Shown one piece after another: positions 1-8,636 of a DNA stretch of 64,000 bases; positions within the stretch are counted from its first letter, which is position 1; every line of letters starts with the position of its first letter. Source of the DNA: Candidatus Acidiferrales bacterium (lineage in GTDB: Bacteria; Acidobacteriota; Terriglobia; Acidiferrales; UBA7541); assembly GCA_963790355.1 (NCBI GenBank), contig CAWBOF010000003.1, positions 137,909-201,908 of the forward strand, written 5' to 3'. Position numbers and translations under genes: made by a program. The notes under the pieces were generated by a model. It saw only the letters and a program-made list of their open reading frames with translations, did no database searches and was not told where the DNA came from.

Positions 1-80
1 AATGTCACAGCAAGTTTCGCATACGCGGGAGAAATTGGTGATTGTGCCGCCAGGCGTGGGGAGGCTGAGATTCTAGAGCG

Positions 81-1718
81 ATGAGAATTGCGGCTCAATA
101 CCTGGGTGTGGCACTGCTTTGCGGATGCGCGATGGCTTCGACGGTGGCGCAAGATAATGGCAAGGCGTCTATGTCGGTGAATGTTGATGTTGCGCCGTCG
201 GCGCTGGCAGAGCAGCCGGTAGGGAAAAACTGGTTGTCGTACAACGGAGATTACACAGGGCGAAGGTACAGCAGTCTTGATCAGATTAATGTTGGGAATG
301 TGGGCCGGCTGCGCACGCAGTGGGTGTTTCACGCTCCCAATGCCGACAGCCTGGAAGTCACGCCGGTGGTGGTGGAAGGCCTGATGTTGGTCACGTCGGC
401 GAATGACGCGTATGCCCTGGACGGGCAAACAGGAAGAATTGTGTGGCATTATTCGCGGCCGGTGACCGAGGGGCTGATCGATGACGCATCGCAGCACCAT
501 AATCGCGGCGTCGGTGTTTGGCACTCGCGGATTTATATGGAAACAGACAACGCGCATTTGCTGTGCCTGGACGCACGATCCGGACATTTGCTCTGGGACG
601 TAGCTTATACGGACGGAAACAGGAATTATGGGGCCACCAGCGCGCCGCTGATCGTGAAAGATAAGGTGCTGGTCGGCACTTCAGGTGGAGATGATGGAGT
701 GCGCGGATTTTTAGCGGCCTATGATGCGGAAAGCGGGGAAGAGGCGTGGCGATTCTGGACGATTCCGGCACCGGGAGAGCCTGGCTCGGCAAGCTGGCCA
801 GGCGATCTATATTTGCATGGGTGTGGCACCACATGGATGCCGGGGACGTTTGATCCCGAGCTGAACACGATTTATTGGGGTACGAGCAATCCTTGCCCCG
901 ATTTTGATGGCGATCCGAGGCCGGGAGACGATTTGTACACGGATTCGGTCCTGGCGCTTGATCCGGACAATGGAAAATTGAAATGGTATTTCCAGTTTAC
1001 GCCGCACGATCTGTTCGATTACGACGCGACGGAAACTCCGGTTCTCATCGATGCGGTGTATAGCGGGAAGCCCCGCAAACTTCTTGCGGAGGCTAACCGC
1101 AACGGATTCTTTTACGTGCTAGATCGCACTGACGGCAAATTCCTTTCCGCTGTCCCTTTTGCCGAAAAGCTGAATTGGGCGACAGGAATTGATAAGGATG
1201 GAAGGCCCATCCGTACCAGCGTGCAGCCCAGCGCGGAGGGGGTGCGGGTATGCCCCGGATTCAGCGGCGCAACGAACTGGTACGCGCCTTCGTACAATCC
1301 CGAGACGCACCTGTTTTATTTTCTGGCGACGGACAATTGTAATGTGTACTTCAAGAAGGCGGAAAAGTTTGAGGAGGGCAAAGAGTTCTATTCGACCGGG
1401 GTGAAGCGTAGTCCGGGAGATGAGCGCCAGCGTGTTTTACTCGCGTACGAACTGGAAGGAGACAAGCCAGCATGGCGTTCTGTGCAGGTGGGAGCAGGCC
1501 ATACGGTTGCGGGGACGATGACCACGAAAGGCGGGTTGGTTTTCTTTGGCGACGCCGCACAATCTTTCGAAGCGGTGGATGCGCGTAACGGGGCGCCGCT
1601 GTGGCATTTCAATACCGGCCAAAATCTTTACGCGTCGCCCATGTCGTATGCGATTCATGAGACGCAATTCGTTGCAATAGCTGCGGGGAGCGACGTTTTC
1701 AGTTTTGCATTGCCATGA
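81..1718 (+). CDS. PQQ-dependent dehydrogenase-like beta-propeller protein (alcohol dehydrogenase type; resembles acidobacterial 'empty quinoprotein' group)
   Basis: Signal peptide; motifs W..YNGDY.GRRYSSLDQIN, EVTPVVV.G, repeated A.D..TG...W propeller motifs, GTSNP, HDLFDYDA, ANRNGFF, GATNW, C-terminal PMSY...QFVAIAAG. Confidence 0.9.
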   Translation: MRIAAQYLGVALLCGCAMASTVAQDNGKASMSVNVDVAPSALAEQPVGKNWLSYNGDYTGRRYSSLDQINVGNVGRLRTQWVFHAPNADSLEVTPVVVEGLMLVTSANDAYALDGQTGRIVWHYSRPVTEGLIDDASQHHNRGVGVWHSRIYMETDNAHLLCLDARSGHLLWDVAYTDGNRNYGATSAPLIVKDKVLVGTSGGDDGVRGFLAAYDAESGEEAWRFWTIPAPGEPGSASWPGDLYLHGCGTTWMPGTFDPELNTIYWGTSNPCPDFDGDPRPGDDLYTDSVLALDPDNGKLKWYFQFTPHDLFDYDATETPVLIDAVYSGKPRKLLAEANRNGFFYVLDRTDGKFLSAVPFAEKLNWATGIDKDGRPIRTSVQPSAEGVRVCPGFSGATNWYAPSYNPETHLFYFLATDNCNVYFKKAEKFEEGKEFYSTGVKRSPGDERQRVLLAYELEGDKPAWRSVQVGAGHTVAGTMTTKGGLVFFGDAAQSFEAVDARNGAPLWHFNTGQNLYASPMSYAIHETQFVAIAAGSDVFSFALP

Positions 1719-1757
1719 GGACAGAATTCGTTCAATTCAAATATAAGGAGAAATCAA

Positions 1758-2261
1758 ATGTTTTCGAATCTCAGTTCGCGCCGGGGCTTTGCCGCCCGGC
1801 TTGCTTCGTTGTTCACAGGAGTCGGGGCGGTGAGCTTGCTTTCGAACGCGACTCCCCCGCCGGCACAGGCGCCCAGCGGTGTTCAGAAGCTCGATTACGA
1901 CGGCAAGACTGCGGGAAACGGTTTTATCACCCCGCTGATCATTCATAACGGCACCATATACATCGCCGGGCAGGGCGCTCATTCGCACGATTCGAGTGAT
2001 TTCCCGATGGATATCGAAATACATACGAAGAAAGTAATGGAAAATGTGAAGACGCTGGTGGAGCGCGGCGGCGGCACGATGGACAGCATTTTGCAACTTA
2101 CGGTCTACCTGGCGGATATCGATTTTTATGAAGGCATGAACAACGTCTTCAAAACATACTTCCCGAATGGGGGCCCGGCACGAACGACGGTGGCAGTGGC
2201 TGCTCTGCCGGGGAAATCTCTCGTTGAGATTAATTGCACTGCCGCAGTCGTGAAGAAGTAA
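1758..2261 (+). CDS. RidA/YjgF family imine deaminase with N-terminal twin-arginine-like signal
   Basis: IYIAGQG, MNNVFKTYF, PARTTV (conserved Arg), LP...LVEI; N-terminus SRRGFAA followed by a hydrophobic stretch; AAGGAG RBS. Confidence 0.88.
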   Translation: MFSNLSSRRGFAARLASLFTGVGAVSLLSNATPPPAQAPSGVQKLDYDGKTAGNGFITPLIIHNGTIYIAGQGAHSHDSSDFPMDIEIHTKKVMENVKTLVERGGGTMDSILQLTVYLADIDFYEGMNNVFKTYFPNGGPARTTVAVAALPGKSLVEINCTAAVVKK

Positions 2262-2288
2262 CGGAAGTCGGGGCAAAGGAGAACAACG

Positions 2289-3545
2289 ATGGGACTTAAT
2301 CTGAAATGGACGCGTCGATCTTTCATGGGCAGCCTTGGTGCACTTACGGCAGCTATGGCGAATCCCAGGAAGTTGCTCTCCTTTCCCCCGGCGCAGCCGC
2401 GAACAAAGATCACGGGGTTTGGTTCTACTGGAAACGTGTACGAGGAGCTCGGGATCACGACCGTGATTAACGGCCAAGGGACGATGACCTATCTCGGCGG
2501 CTCGCTGATTCGCCCGGAAGTCGAGGAGGTGATGGCGCTGGCCGGGAAACATTTCGTGAGCATCGCGGATCTGGAGGTAGCGGCGGGAAAACGCATTGCG
2601 GAAATGTTGAAGCTTCCCGCGGGGTATTCGGCGATTGTGACTTCCGGCGCGGCGGCGGCGATGGAATCCGGGCTTGCAGGCATTCTTACCGGAGATAATC
2701 CGAAGTTCATCCAACAAATTCCGGATCTTACGGGAATGAAATCGCAGGTGATCATCCAAAAAACGCACCGGAACCCGTTTGACCACCAACTGCGCAACAC
2801 TGGGGCGAAATTGATTGTGATTGAAACGCGAGAGGAACTGCGGAAGGCTGTGAATCCCAACACCGCGATGATGCATTTTTCCAATTTTGCGAATGCCGAT
2901 GGGCAGATCAAGGTGGATGAATGGGTGAAGCTGGCGAAGGAATCGAATATTCCTACGTTTATTGACGCGGCGGCGGACACGCCTCCGGTTTCTCACCTGT
3001 GGGACTACGCGAATATGGGATACGACCTGATCGCGTTCAGCGGAGGAAAAGCGATGCGGGGTCCGCAATGCGCGGGGCTGCTGCTCGGCCGCAAAGATCT
3101 CGTCGGCTACGCGTTGCTGAACAATAGCCCTCACGAGGACACCATTGGCCGCAGCCAGAAGGTGGGCAAGGAAGAAATCATGGGGATGGTCAAGGCGCTG
3201 GAGGTTTACCTCAACGAGGATCACGAAGCGCTCAGCAAGGAATGGCAAGGGCGACTGGAGCTCATTTCCGCCAAGGTGACTACTCTGCCCACGGTGACCA
3301 CGTCTTATTTTGTGCCTGACATAGCCAATCACGTTCCGCACATGGAAATGAAGTGGGATCCGCAGCGTATCAAAATCACGCCGGAAGGTGTCGAGAGTGC
3401 TTTGCGAAAAGGGACGCCGTCGATCGTGCTGACCACCGGAGAACGCGCGGGAGCGTTGTCAATGAATTCGTTCATGCTGCAACCTGGCGAGGACAAAATC
3501 ATTGCCGACAAGCTGTATGAAGTTCTGAAAGCCCATTCGGCATGA
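2289..3545 (+). CDS. SelA-like / DgaE-like PLP-dependent enzyme with twin-arginine signal
   Basis: VINGQGTMTYLGGS, VTSGAAAA, IDAAA, FSGGKAMRGPQCAGLLLG (PLP-Lys), IGR..KVGKEEI; N-terminus TRRSFMG. Confidence 0.85.
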   Translation: MGLNLKWTRRSFMGSLGALTAAMANPRKLLSFPPAQPRTKITGFGSTGNVYEELGITTVINGQGTMTYLGGSLIRPEVEEVMALAGKHFVSIADLEVAAGKRIAEMLKLPAGYSAIVTSGAAAAMESGLAGILTGDNPKFIQQIPDLTGMKSQVIIQKTHRNPFDHQLRNTGAKLIVIETREELRKAVNPNTAMMHFSNFANADGQIKVDEWVKLAKESNIPTFIDAAADTPPVSHLWDYANMGYDLIAFSGGKAMRGPQCAGLLLGRKDLVGYALLNNSPHEDTIGRSQKVGKEEIMGMVKALEVYLNEDHEALSKEWQGRLELISAKVTTLPTVTTSYFVPDIANHVPHMEMKWDPQRIKITPEGVESALRKGTPSIVLTTGERAGALSMNSFMLQPGEDKIIADKLYEVLKAHSA

Positions 3546-3581
3546 GGTCGGCGGATTCAGAGTCTGCTCAGAGGAGCATCC

Positions 3582-4892
3582 ATGTCTGAGCAGGGACGAA
3601 GCAATGTGCGCTGGGTCCTGGTTTTCTGGCTATTTATATTGAGCGCGGTCTCGTTTCTGGATCGCGTGAACATATCGGTTGCCGCCAGCGCGATTGCTTC
3701 GGAATACCGCTTGAGCGACGTGCAGTTGGGATGGGTGTTCAGCGCCTTCCTTTGGGGCTATGCGATTTTCCAGACGTTCGGAGGATGGCTGGCGGACAAG
3801 CTGGGGCCGCGCCGAGTTTTGACGGCCGGGGTTGTGTGGTGGGGGATTTTCACGGCACTGACGGCCGCAGTTTCGCCCGCGCTGACCGGCGCGGTTTTCT
3901 TTTTTGTGACCGTGCGCTTCCTGCTGGGCGCAGGCGAAGCAATCATCTATCCCGCCTCGAACCAATTTGTTTCGCGATGGATTCCGACGCAGGAGCGGGG
4001 ATTCGCGAATGGCCTGATCTTCGCGGGAGTAGGTGCGGGCGCAGGATCGGCTCCGGCGATCGTGACCTATATCATGGTGCACTACGGCTGGCGCTGGTCA
4101 TTTTGGCTGAGTGCGTTACTGGGCTTGCTGGCGGGAGTGGTGTGGTATCTGGCAGCACGGGATAAGCCGGAACAACACCCTAGGGTTTCGCCCGGCGAAC
4201 TTCAACATATCGAGAGCGGAAGAACAGCCAGCACCCCCGGCGCGGCGGGCGCAGATTCCAAGGCCAGCGCGCTTCCCTGGAGCGTGATTCTGAAGAGCAA
4301 GGAAGTCTGGCTGGTTACCCTGAGCTATTTTTGCTTCGGGTATGTCGCGTGGATTTTCTTCAGTTGGTTTCACCGGTACCTTTTTAGGGTGCGAGGGCTC
4401 GATCTGAAATCGAGCGCGTTTTACAGCACGTTGCCACCGCTGGCAATGGTTGCCTGCAGCTTGCTCGGTGGCGTTATTAACGACCGGCTGACGAAAGCAT
4501 ATGGAAAAAGGGTGGGGCGCTGCGGGATTGCTGCGTTCGCTTTGATCCTGACAGCGGTTCTGCTGGTGCTGGGATCCCAAGCGGCGAGCGCGGAACTGGC
4601 CAGTATGGTACTTGCGGGTGGGGCGGGGGCGCTATATCTGTCACAGAGCAGCTATTGGTCCGTCACCGCCGACATTGCCGGAGCGCGGGCTGGGTCCACG
4701 TCCGGATTTATGAATATGGGAGCGCAGCTCGGAGGCGGGGTGACCGCGATACTCACGCCGGTGATTGCGAGCCATCTGGGTTGGACTTATCCATTTCTGT
4801 TTGCTGCGGTGCTGAGTGCTCTGGGCGCGATGGCTTGGCTGGCCGTGAACCCACAGAGAACGTTGGAACGCGTTGCGCAAGCTTCCACGTGA
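3582..4892 (+). CDS. MFS transporter, anion:cation symporter (sugar-acid permease-like)
   Basis: FLDRVNISVA, GGWLADKLGPRRVL motif A, RFLLGAGEA..YP, W.P.QERG; multiple TM segments. Confidence 0.9.
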   Translation: MSEQGRSNVRWVLVFWLFILSAVSFLDRVNISVAASAIASEYRLSDVQLGWVFSAFLWGYAIFQTFGGWLADKLGPRRVLTAGVVWWGIFTALTAAVSPALTGAVFFFVTVRFLLGAGEAIIYPASNQFVSRWIPTQERGFANGLIFAGVGAGAGSAPAIVTYIMVHYGWRWSFWLSALLGLLAGVVWYLAARDKPEQHPRVSPGELQHIESGRTASTPGAAGADSKASALPWSVILKSKEVWLVTLSYFCFGYVAWIFFSWFHRYLFRVRGLDLKSSAFYSTLPPLAMVACSLLGGVINDRLTKAYGKRVGRCGIAAFALILTAVLLVLGSQAASAELASMVLAGGAGALYLSQSSYWSVTADIAGARAGSTSGFMNMGAQLGGGVTAILTPVIASHLGWTYPFLFAAVLSALGAMAWLAVNPQRTLERVAQAST

Positions 4893-4951
4893 CTTCGGAC
4901 TCTGCCGAATACGAGATAAAATTGTTATTGTGAAATTTCAGGAGCCCAGCG

Positions 4952-5608
4952 GTGAACATTGAAAACGCAATCAGCAAAATCCATGAGATCGGCATTGTGC
5001 CGGTTATTCGAGCCGCGAATCTGGACGAGGCGCGCCGGGCCGTCGATGCGATCTGCGCCGGGGGCATACCGGTTATCGAAATCACCATGACCGTGCCGAA
5101 CGCACCGGCGATGATTCAAGAATTGGTGAAGCATTACGGGACAAGCGTGTTGACGGGCGCTGGGACCGTTACCACAGCGAAGCAAGCCGAGATTTGCCTG
5201 GACGCGGGCGCACAATTCCTGGTCAGCCCCGGGCTGTCGGTTCCTGTGCTGCAGACCGCCGCGGCACGAGGCATTCTGGCCGTTCCGGGAGCATTGACCC
5301 CGACGGAAGTCATGGCTGCTCTCGAAGCAGGAGCGCAGCTCATCAAAATTTTCCCCTGCGGCAGTGCCGGCGGCCCAAAGCACATCAAAGCCCTGAAGGC
5401 GCCCTTTCCGGAAACGCGGCTGATTCCGACCGGTGGAGTAAACGTGAATAATGCGGCGGAGTATTTGGCGGCAGGCGCCTTCGCGCTGGGGGTGGGCGCC
5501 GACCTCGTGGACCTGGCCGCAATCCGGCGGAATGAGCCAGGGAAGATTGCCGATATGGCGAAAATCTTGATTGATAGCGTCCGGCTGGCGCGCGCAAGTA
5601 AGTTCTAG
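4952..5608 (+). CDS. eda: KDPG/KHG aldolase
   Basis: IVPVIR, GGI.VIEIT, GAGTV, GAQFLVSPG, PGALTPTEV, IKIFP (Schiff-base Lys), PTGGVN; GTG start after AGGAG. Confidence 0.92.
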   Translation: MNIENAISKIHEIGIVPVIRAANLDEARRAVDAICAGGIPVIEITMTVPNAPAMIQELVKHYGTSVLTGAGTVTTAKQAEICLDAGAQFLVSPGLSVPVLQTAAARGILAVPGALTPTEVMAALEAGAQLIKIFPCGSAGGPKHIKALKAPFPETRLIPTGGVNVNNAAEYLAAGAFALGVGADLVDLAAIRRNEPGKIADMAKILIDSVRLARASKF

Positions 5609-5784
5609 AACGTCTAGTATCAAATCGTCAAAACTCCTATTTTGGGGCGGTGCCCGGTTATCGTTGCTTGTTCGTGGACGTAACAAGGCCATCAGTCTGT
5701 CGTGCGAGAATAGTCCAGTAACTCATCCATTTACATTCACTTGCAGGGATTTAAAGGGCGCGAAATGCCCAAATCGTTAACCGA

Positions 5785-5797
5785 TACCGTTACGGTA
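5785..5797. promoter_or_regulatory. Perfect inverted repeat TACCGT-T-ACGGTA upstream of the RRE/radical SAM operon (possible operator)
   Basis: 13-bp palindrome read directly in the 5609-5893 intergenic region, about 100 bp upstream of the first start; function inferred only. Confidence 0.25.
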
Positions 5798-5893
5798 CAT
5801 CCCCTGTTTCGCTTCATGACACCCCCGTAATAGTACTGCAAACTTTTCCCAAGGGTTCTGCTGCCAGGTCAGAGGCTCGAACGGAGGTTTGAC

Positions 5894-6172
5894 GTGCGTT
5901 TCATCCGGAATCAGGAAGTGGTTTCACGAAAGATCGAAGGGGAGCTGATCATCGTGCCCATCCGCAGTGGAGTGGGCGACCTGAACTCCCTGTACACGCT
6001 TAACCCAGTTGGATCGGTGCTGTGGGATTTCATGACCGAGGGACACACGGTCGGTGAAATGGTCGAGCGGGTATGCGACGAATTTGAAGTGACGAAGAGC
6101 CAGGCGGAGCAGGACATCGAAATGTTTCTCGATTCCTTGCTCGAGGAAAAACTGGTCTTGTCCGTGGCTTGA
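5894..6172 (+). CDS. PqqD family protein / stand-alone RiPP recognition element (RRE)
   Basis: 92 aa; VVSRKIEGELIIVP, LYTLNPVGSVLW, helical EFEV...AEQDI..FL..L..EKLV pattern typical of PqqD; GGAGG RBS, GTG start. Confidence 0.9.
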   Translation: MRFIRNQEVVSRKIEGELIIVPIRSGVGDLNSLYTLNPVGSVLWDFMTEGHTVGEMVERVCDEFEVTKSQAEQDIEMFLDSLLEEKLVLSVA

Positions 6173-6203
6173 CAGTTCGAAGAAACAGAAAGACGGGTAA
6201 GCA

Positions 6204-7490
6204 TTGCTAGAGATTGCAACATACGGTGATTTCTCCAGCTTGATCCACAAGCGCCAGAAGGGGCGGCGGATTCCGGCGGAGGTGTCGATTGAGGTAACGC
6301 ACCGCTGCCCGCTCGAGTGTCAGCATTGTTACAACAACCTGCCGATGAGCGACAACAACGCGCGCAAGCAGGAACTGACGCTGGAAGAACACGTGCGGCT
6401 TTTGGACGAACTGGTTGCGATGAATTGCCTTTGGATTCTCTATACCGGCGGAGAGATTTTTGCGCGCAAAGACTTCCTGGATATTTACACGGAGGCGAAA
6501 AAGCGTGGGTTCATCATCACGCTGTTCACGAATGGGACTTTGATCACGCCGCGAATCGCCGACTACCTGGTGGAATACAGGCCGTTCGGTATTGAAATTA
6601 CGTTGTACGGCGCAACACGCGAAACCTATGAGGCGCTCACGCAGATCCCCGGTTCGTTCGATCGGTGCATGAGGGGAATCCGCCTGCTGAAAGAACGGAA
6701 TCTGCCCCTGACGCTGAAGACCGTTCCGACCAATATCAATTACCACGAAGTGTATGAGATGAAGCGGTTCGCCGAAGAAGAGATTGGGGTCGAGTTTAAA
6801 TACGACGCCGCTATCAATCCACGGACGGACTGCTCGCAAAGCCCGTTGGGGGTACGCCTGAGCCCAGAACAGGCGGTGACGCTCGACTTTCTCGACCCGG
6901 CTCGCAAAGCCGAACATCGCAGACTCGTGATGGAAGAGTTGGCCGAGGAGCCGCGCGCGTTAGGAGAGCAAAGGTACCTGTGTGGCGGCGGAGAGCGGGG
7001 ATGCGCCGTCGATCCGAAGGGCGAACTCACGATTTGCCTGATTTCTCATCAAGATGGCTACAACATCCGCGAGGGGAGTTTCACAGAAGGATGGTCGGGC
7101 AAATTGCTGGAAATACGAAAGACCAAACGCCATCGCGAGACCATTTGCACGCACTGTAGGATTCATTCGCTCTGCAATATGTGTCCTGCCACGGCTGAAC
7201 TGGAAACAGGCGACGCCGAAACACCGGTCCCGTTCCTCTGCGAAGTCGCACACCTGCGCGCGTTCGCGCTCGGCATGGAAGTGCCCGAACACGGCGACTG
7301 TCCGTGCTGTGCCGGAGGACTGCAACACAAGTCACTGATCGAAGCAGCAAGTCGATTGCAACAGATTTCACCGAATTCCGCGCAAACCATGCCGATACGT
7401 GGAAGCAGCTCTCTTCTGCCGGTTCTACCCGTTTTGCAGGCCGGAAGAGGTTGCTCCGAAAGGAAATGTTCGGCCTGCGGAGACCACTAA
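6204..7490 (+). CDS. Radical SAM protein with SPASM domain (peptide maturase type)
   Basis: CPLECQHC (CxxxCxxC), YTGGE, TNGTL; SPASM-type C(GGG)...G.LTIC and CTHC..HSLCNMCP...C; extra Cys-rich C-terminal tail. Confidence 0.93.
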   Translation: MLEIATYGDFSSLIHKRQKGRRIPAEVSIEVTHRCPLECQHCYNNLPMSDNNARKQELTLEEHVRLLDELVAMNCLWILYTGGEIFARKDFLDIYTEAKKRGFIITLFTNGTLITPRIADYLVEYRPFGIEITLYGATRETYEALTQIPGSFDRCMRGIRLLKERNLPLTLKTVPTNINYHEVYEMKRFAEEEIGVEFKYDAAINPRTDCSQSPLGVRLSPEQAVTLDFLDPARKAEHRRLVMEELAEEPRALGEQRYLCGGGERGCAVDPKGELTICLISHQDGYNIREGSFTEGWSGKLLEIRKTKRHRETICTHCRIHSLCNMCPATAELETGDAETPVPFLCEVAHLRAFALGMEVPEHGDCPCCAGGLQHKSLIEAASRLQQISPNSAQTMPIRGSSSLLPVLPVLQAGRGCSERKCSACGDH

Positions 7491-7514
7491 GGTCCAGGAT
7501 CCGGAAAGATAGAT

Positions 7515-7697
7515 ATGGGAACGGAAAACAACAAGGAACAGCCGGAGGGCGGCAAACCAGAGTATCAGGCGCCGTCGGTAGTACGCATTCATTTGCGTCC
7601 AGAAGAAGCTGTGTTGGGGCATTGCAAAACCTCCAGCGCTAGGGGACCGATCGGGTCTTCTTGCAGGCTTTCGTCATGTCCAACTCTGGGATCGTGA
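7515..7697 (+). CDS. Putative RiPP precursor peptide (60 aa)
   Basis: Small ORF between the rSAM and kinase genes; leader K-P-E-Y-Q-A-P-S-V (YxxP), then LRPEEAVLGHCK and a Ser/Gly/Cys-rich core ending in GS. Confidence 0.8.
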   Translation: MGTENNKEQPEGGKPEYQAPSVVRIHLRPEEAVLGHCKTSSARGPIGSSCRLSSCPTLGS

Positions 7698-7706
7698 ATT
7701 CGGGAG

Positions 7707-8636
7707 ATGCAAGTTTCGATGTTGCCCGCTAGCTCAAATTCTTTGTCGCCAAACGCGAGCCGCTTCGCCGTGGGAATCGGTGGATTGTCGATTGGAGCGT
7801 GGTGCGAAAAAGGAATGCCCGTCGGCATCGACCCGGAACACCAGCCCTTTTTGTGCGCGGCCCCAGCGGATGCCGCTTGCGATATCGAATTGGACGTTTA
7901 CTGGTCGCCGCAGTTCGAACTTCCGAAATCGACACCGGCATTTGTCTCCGGAGGACTGTGGTCGGCGTATACGCACTCTACGGGAACGAAGTTTTATTTT
8001 TGCAGCTCGACGCTCGGCGCGATGCCATACAAGGCTGCCTGGTTCGACGAGAATTTTGAACGCGGCCACATTGTTCTAAACCGTTCCTGCTTTGTTGGCG
8101 ATGAAGCGGTGCTTCCGCTGGAGTATCCCATCGACGAACTGGTGATGATGCATCGGCTAGCTCTGGGCGAAGGAGTCGAAGTGCATGCCCTTGGTTTGGC
8201 GGATCACGATGGAGCGGGCTATCTGTTTCTGGGGCATTCGGGCGCAGGGAAAAGCACGACGGCACGGCTTTGGATGGAACAGCCCGGCGTGCAGCTGCTG
8301 AGCGACGACCGTATCATTCTTCGAAAGCACGGCGGAAAATTCTGGATGTATGGAACACCGTGGCATGGCGATGCCGGGGTTGCTTCCGCGGGCCGTGCTC
8401 CGCTTTCCGCAGTATTTCTGCTAGACCAGGCCCCGACCAACGAACTTGCGCCGATCGCGACTTCGAAGGCCGCCGCCGAACTGTTCGCGCGTGCGTTTGT
8501 TCCCCATTACTTGAAAAGCGGAATTCATTTCACATTGGATTTTCTGGACCAGATCACTCGCTCTGTGCCCTGTTCCATCCTGCGCTTCACGCCAACACAA
8601 GGCGCGGTGGAGGCGGTTCGATATGCGCGTGTCTGA
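7707..8636 (+). CDS. HPr kinase/phosphorylase-related P-loop protein (RiPP-cluster kinase-like)
   Basis: VHA, FLGHSGAGKSTT (Walker A), LLSDDR, GTPWHG motifs typical of HprK-related kinases. Confidence 0.82.
   Translation: MQVSMLPASSNSLSPNASRFAVGIGGLSIGAWCEKGMPVGIDPEHQPFLCAAPADAACDIELDVYWSPQFELPKSTPAFVSGGLWSAYTHSTGTKFYFCSSTLGAMPYKAAWFDENFERGHIVLNRSCFVGDEAVLPLEYPIDELVMMHRLALGEGVEVHALGLADHDGAGYLFLGHSGAGKSTTARLWMEQPGVQLLSDDRIILRKHGGKFWMYGTPWHGDAGVASAGRAPLSAVFLLDQAPTNELAPIATSKAAAELFARAFVPHYLKSGIHFTLDFLDQITRSVPCSILRFTPTQGAVEAVRYARV

Noticed and set aside
1737-3341. 534-aa minus-strand ORF, and similar long antisense ORFs (8794-10521, 24183-25430, 29673-30752, 51518-52609)
   Set aside because: Arg-rich shadow frames opposite well-supported genes with no recognisable motifs; expected in GC-rich DNA.
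2289-3545. True selenocysteine synthase SelA
   Set aside because: No selB/selC/selD nearby; the Tat-like leader and RidA/Eda context fit the SelA-like/DgaE group.
4931-4940. TGAAATTTCA palindrome before eda as an operator
   Set aside because: Only 10 bp, AT-rich, inside an apparent operon, with no second copy seen; chance occurrence is plausible.
5894-7697. PQQ biosynthesis operon (pqqD/pqqE/pqqA), tempting given two quinoproteins in the window
   Set aside because: The peptide lacks the PqqA ExxxY motif, no pqqB/pqqC is present, and the kinase and peptidase neighbours point to a different RiPP class.
7515-8636. Lasso peptide cluster (YxxP leader, RRE, HprK-like kinase)
   Set aside because: There is no asparagine-synthetase-like cyclase or transglutaminase-like B2 protease, and the core has no suitable Asp/Glu acceptor.
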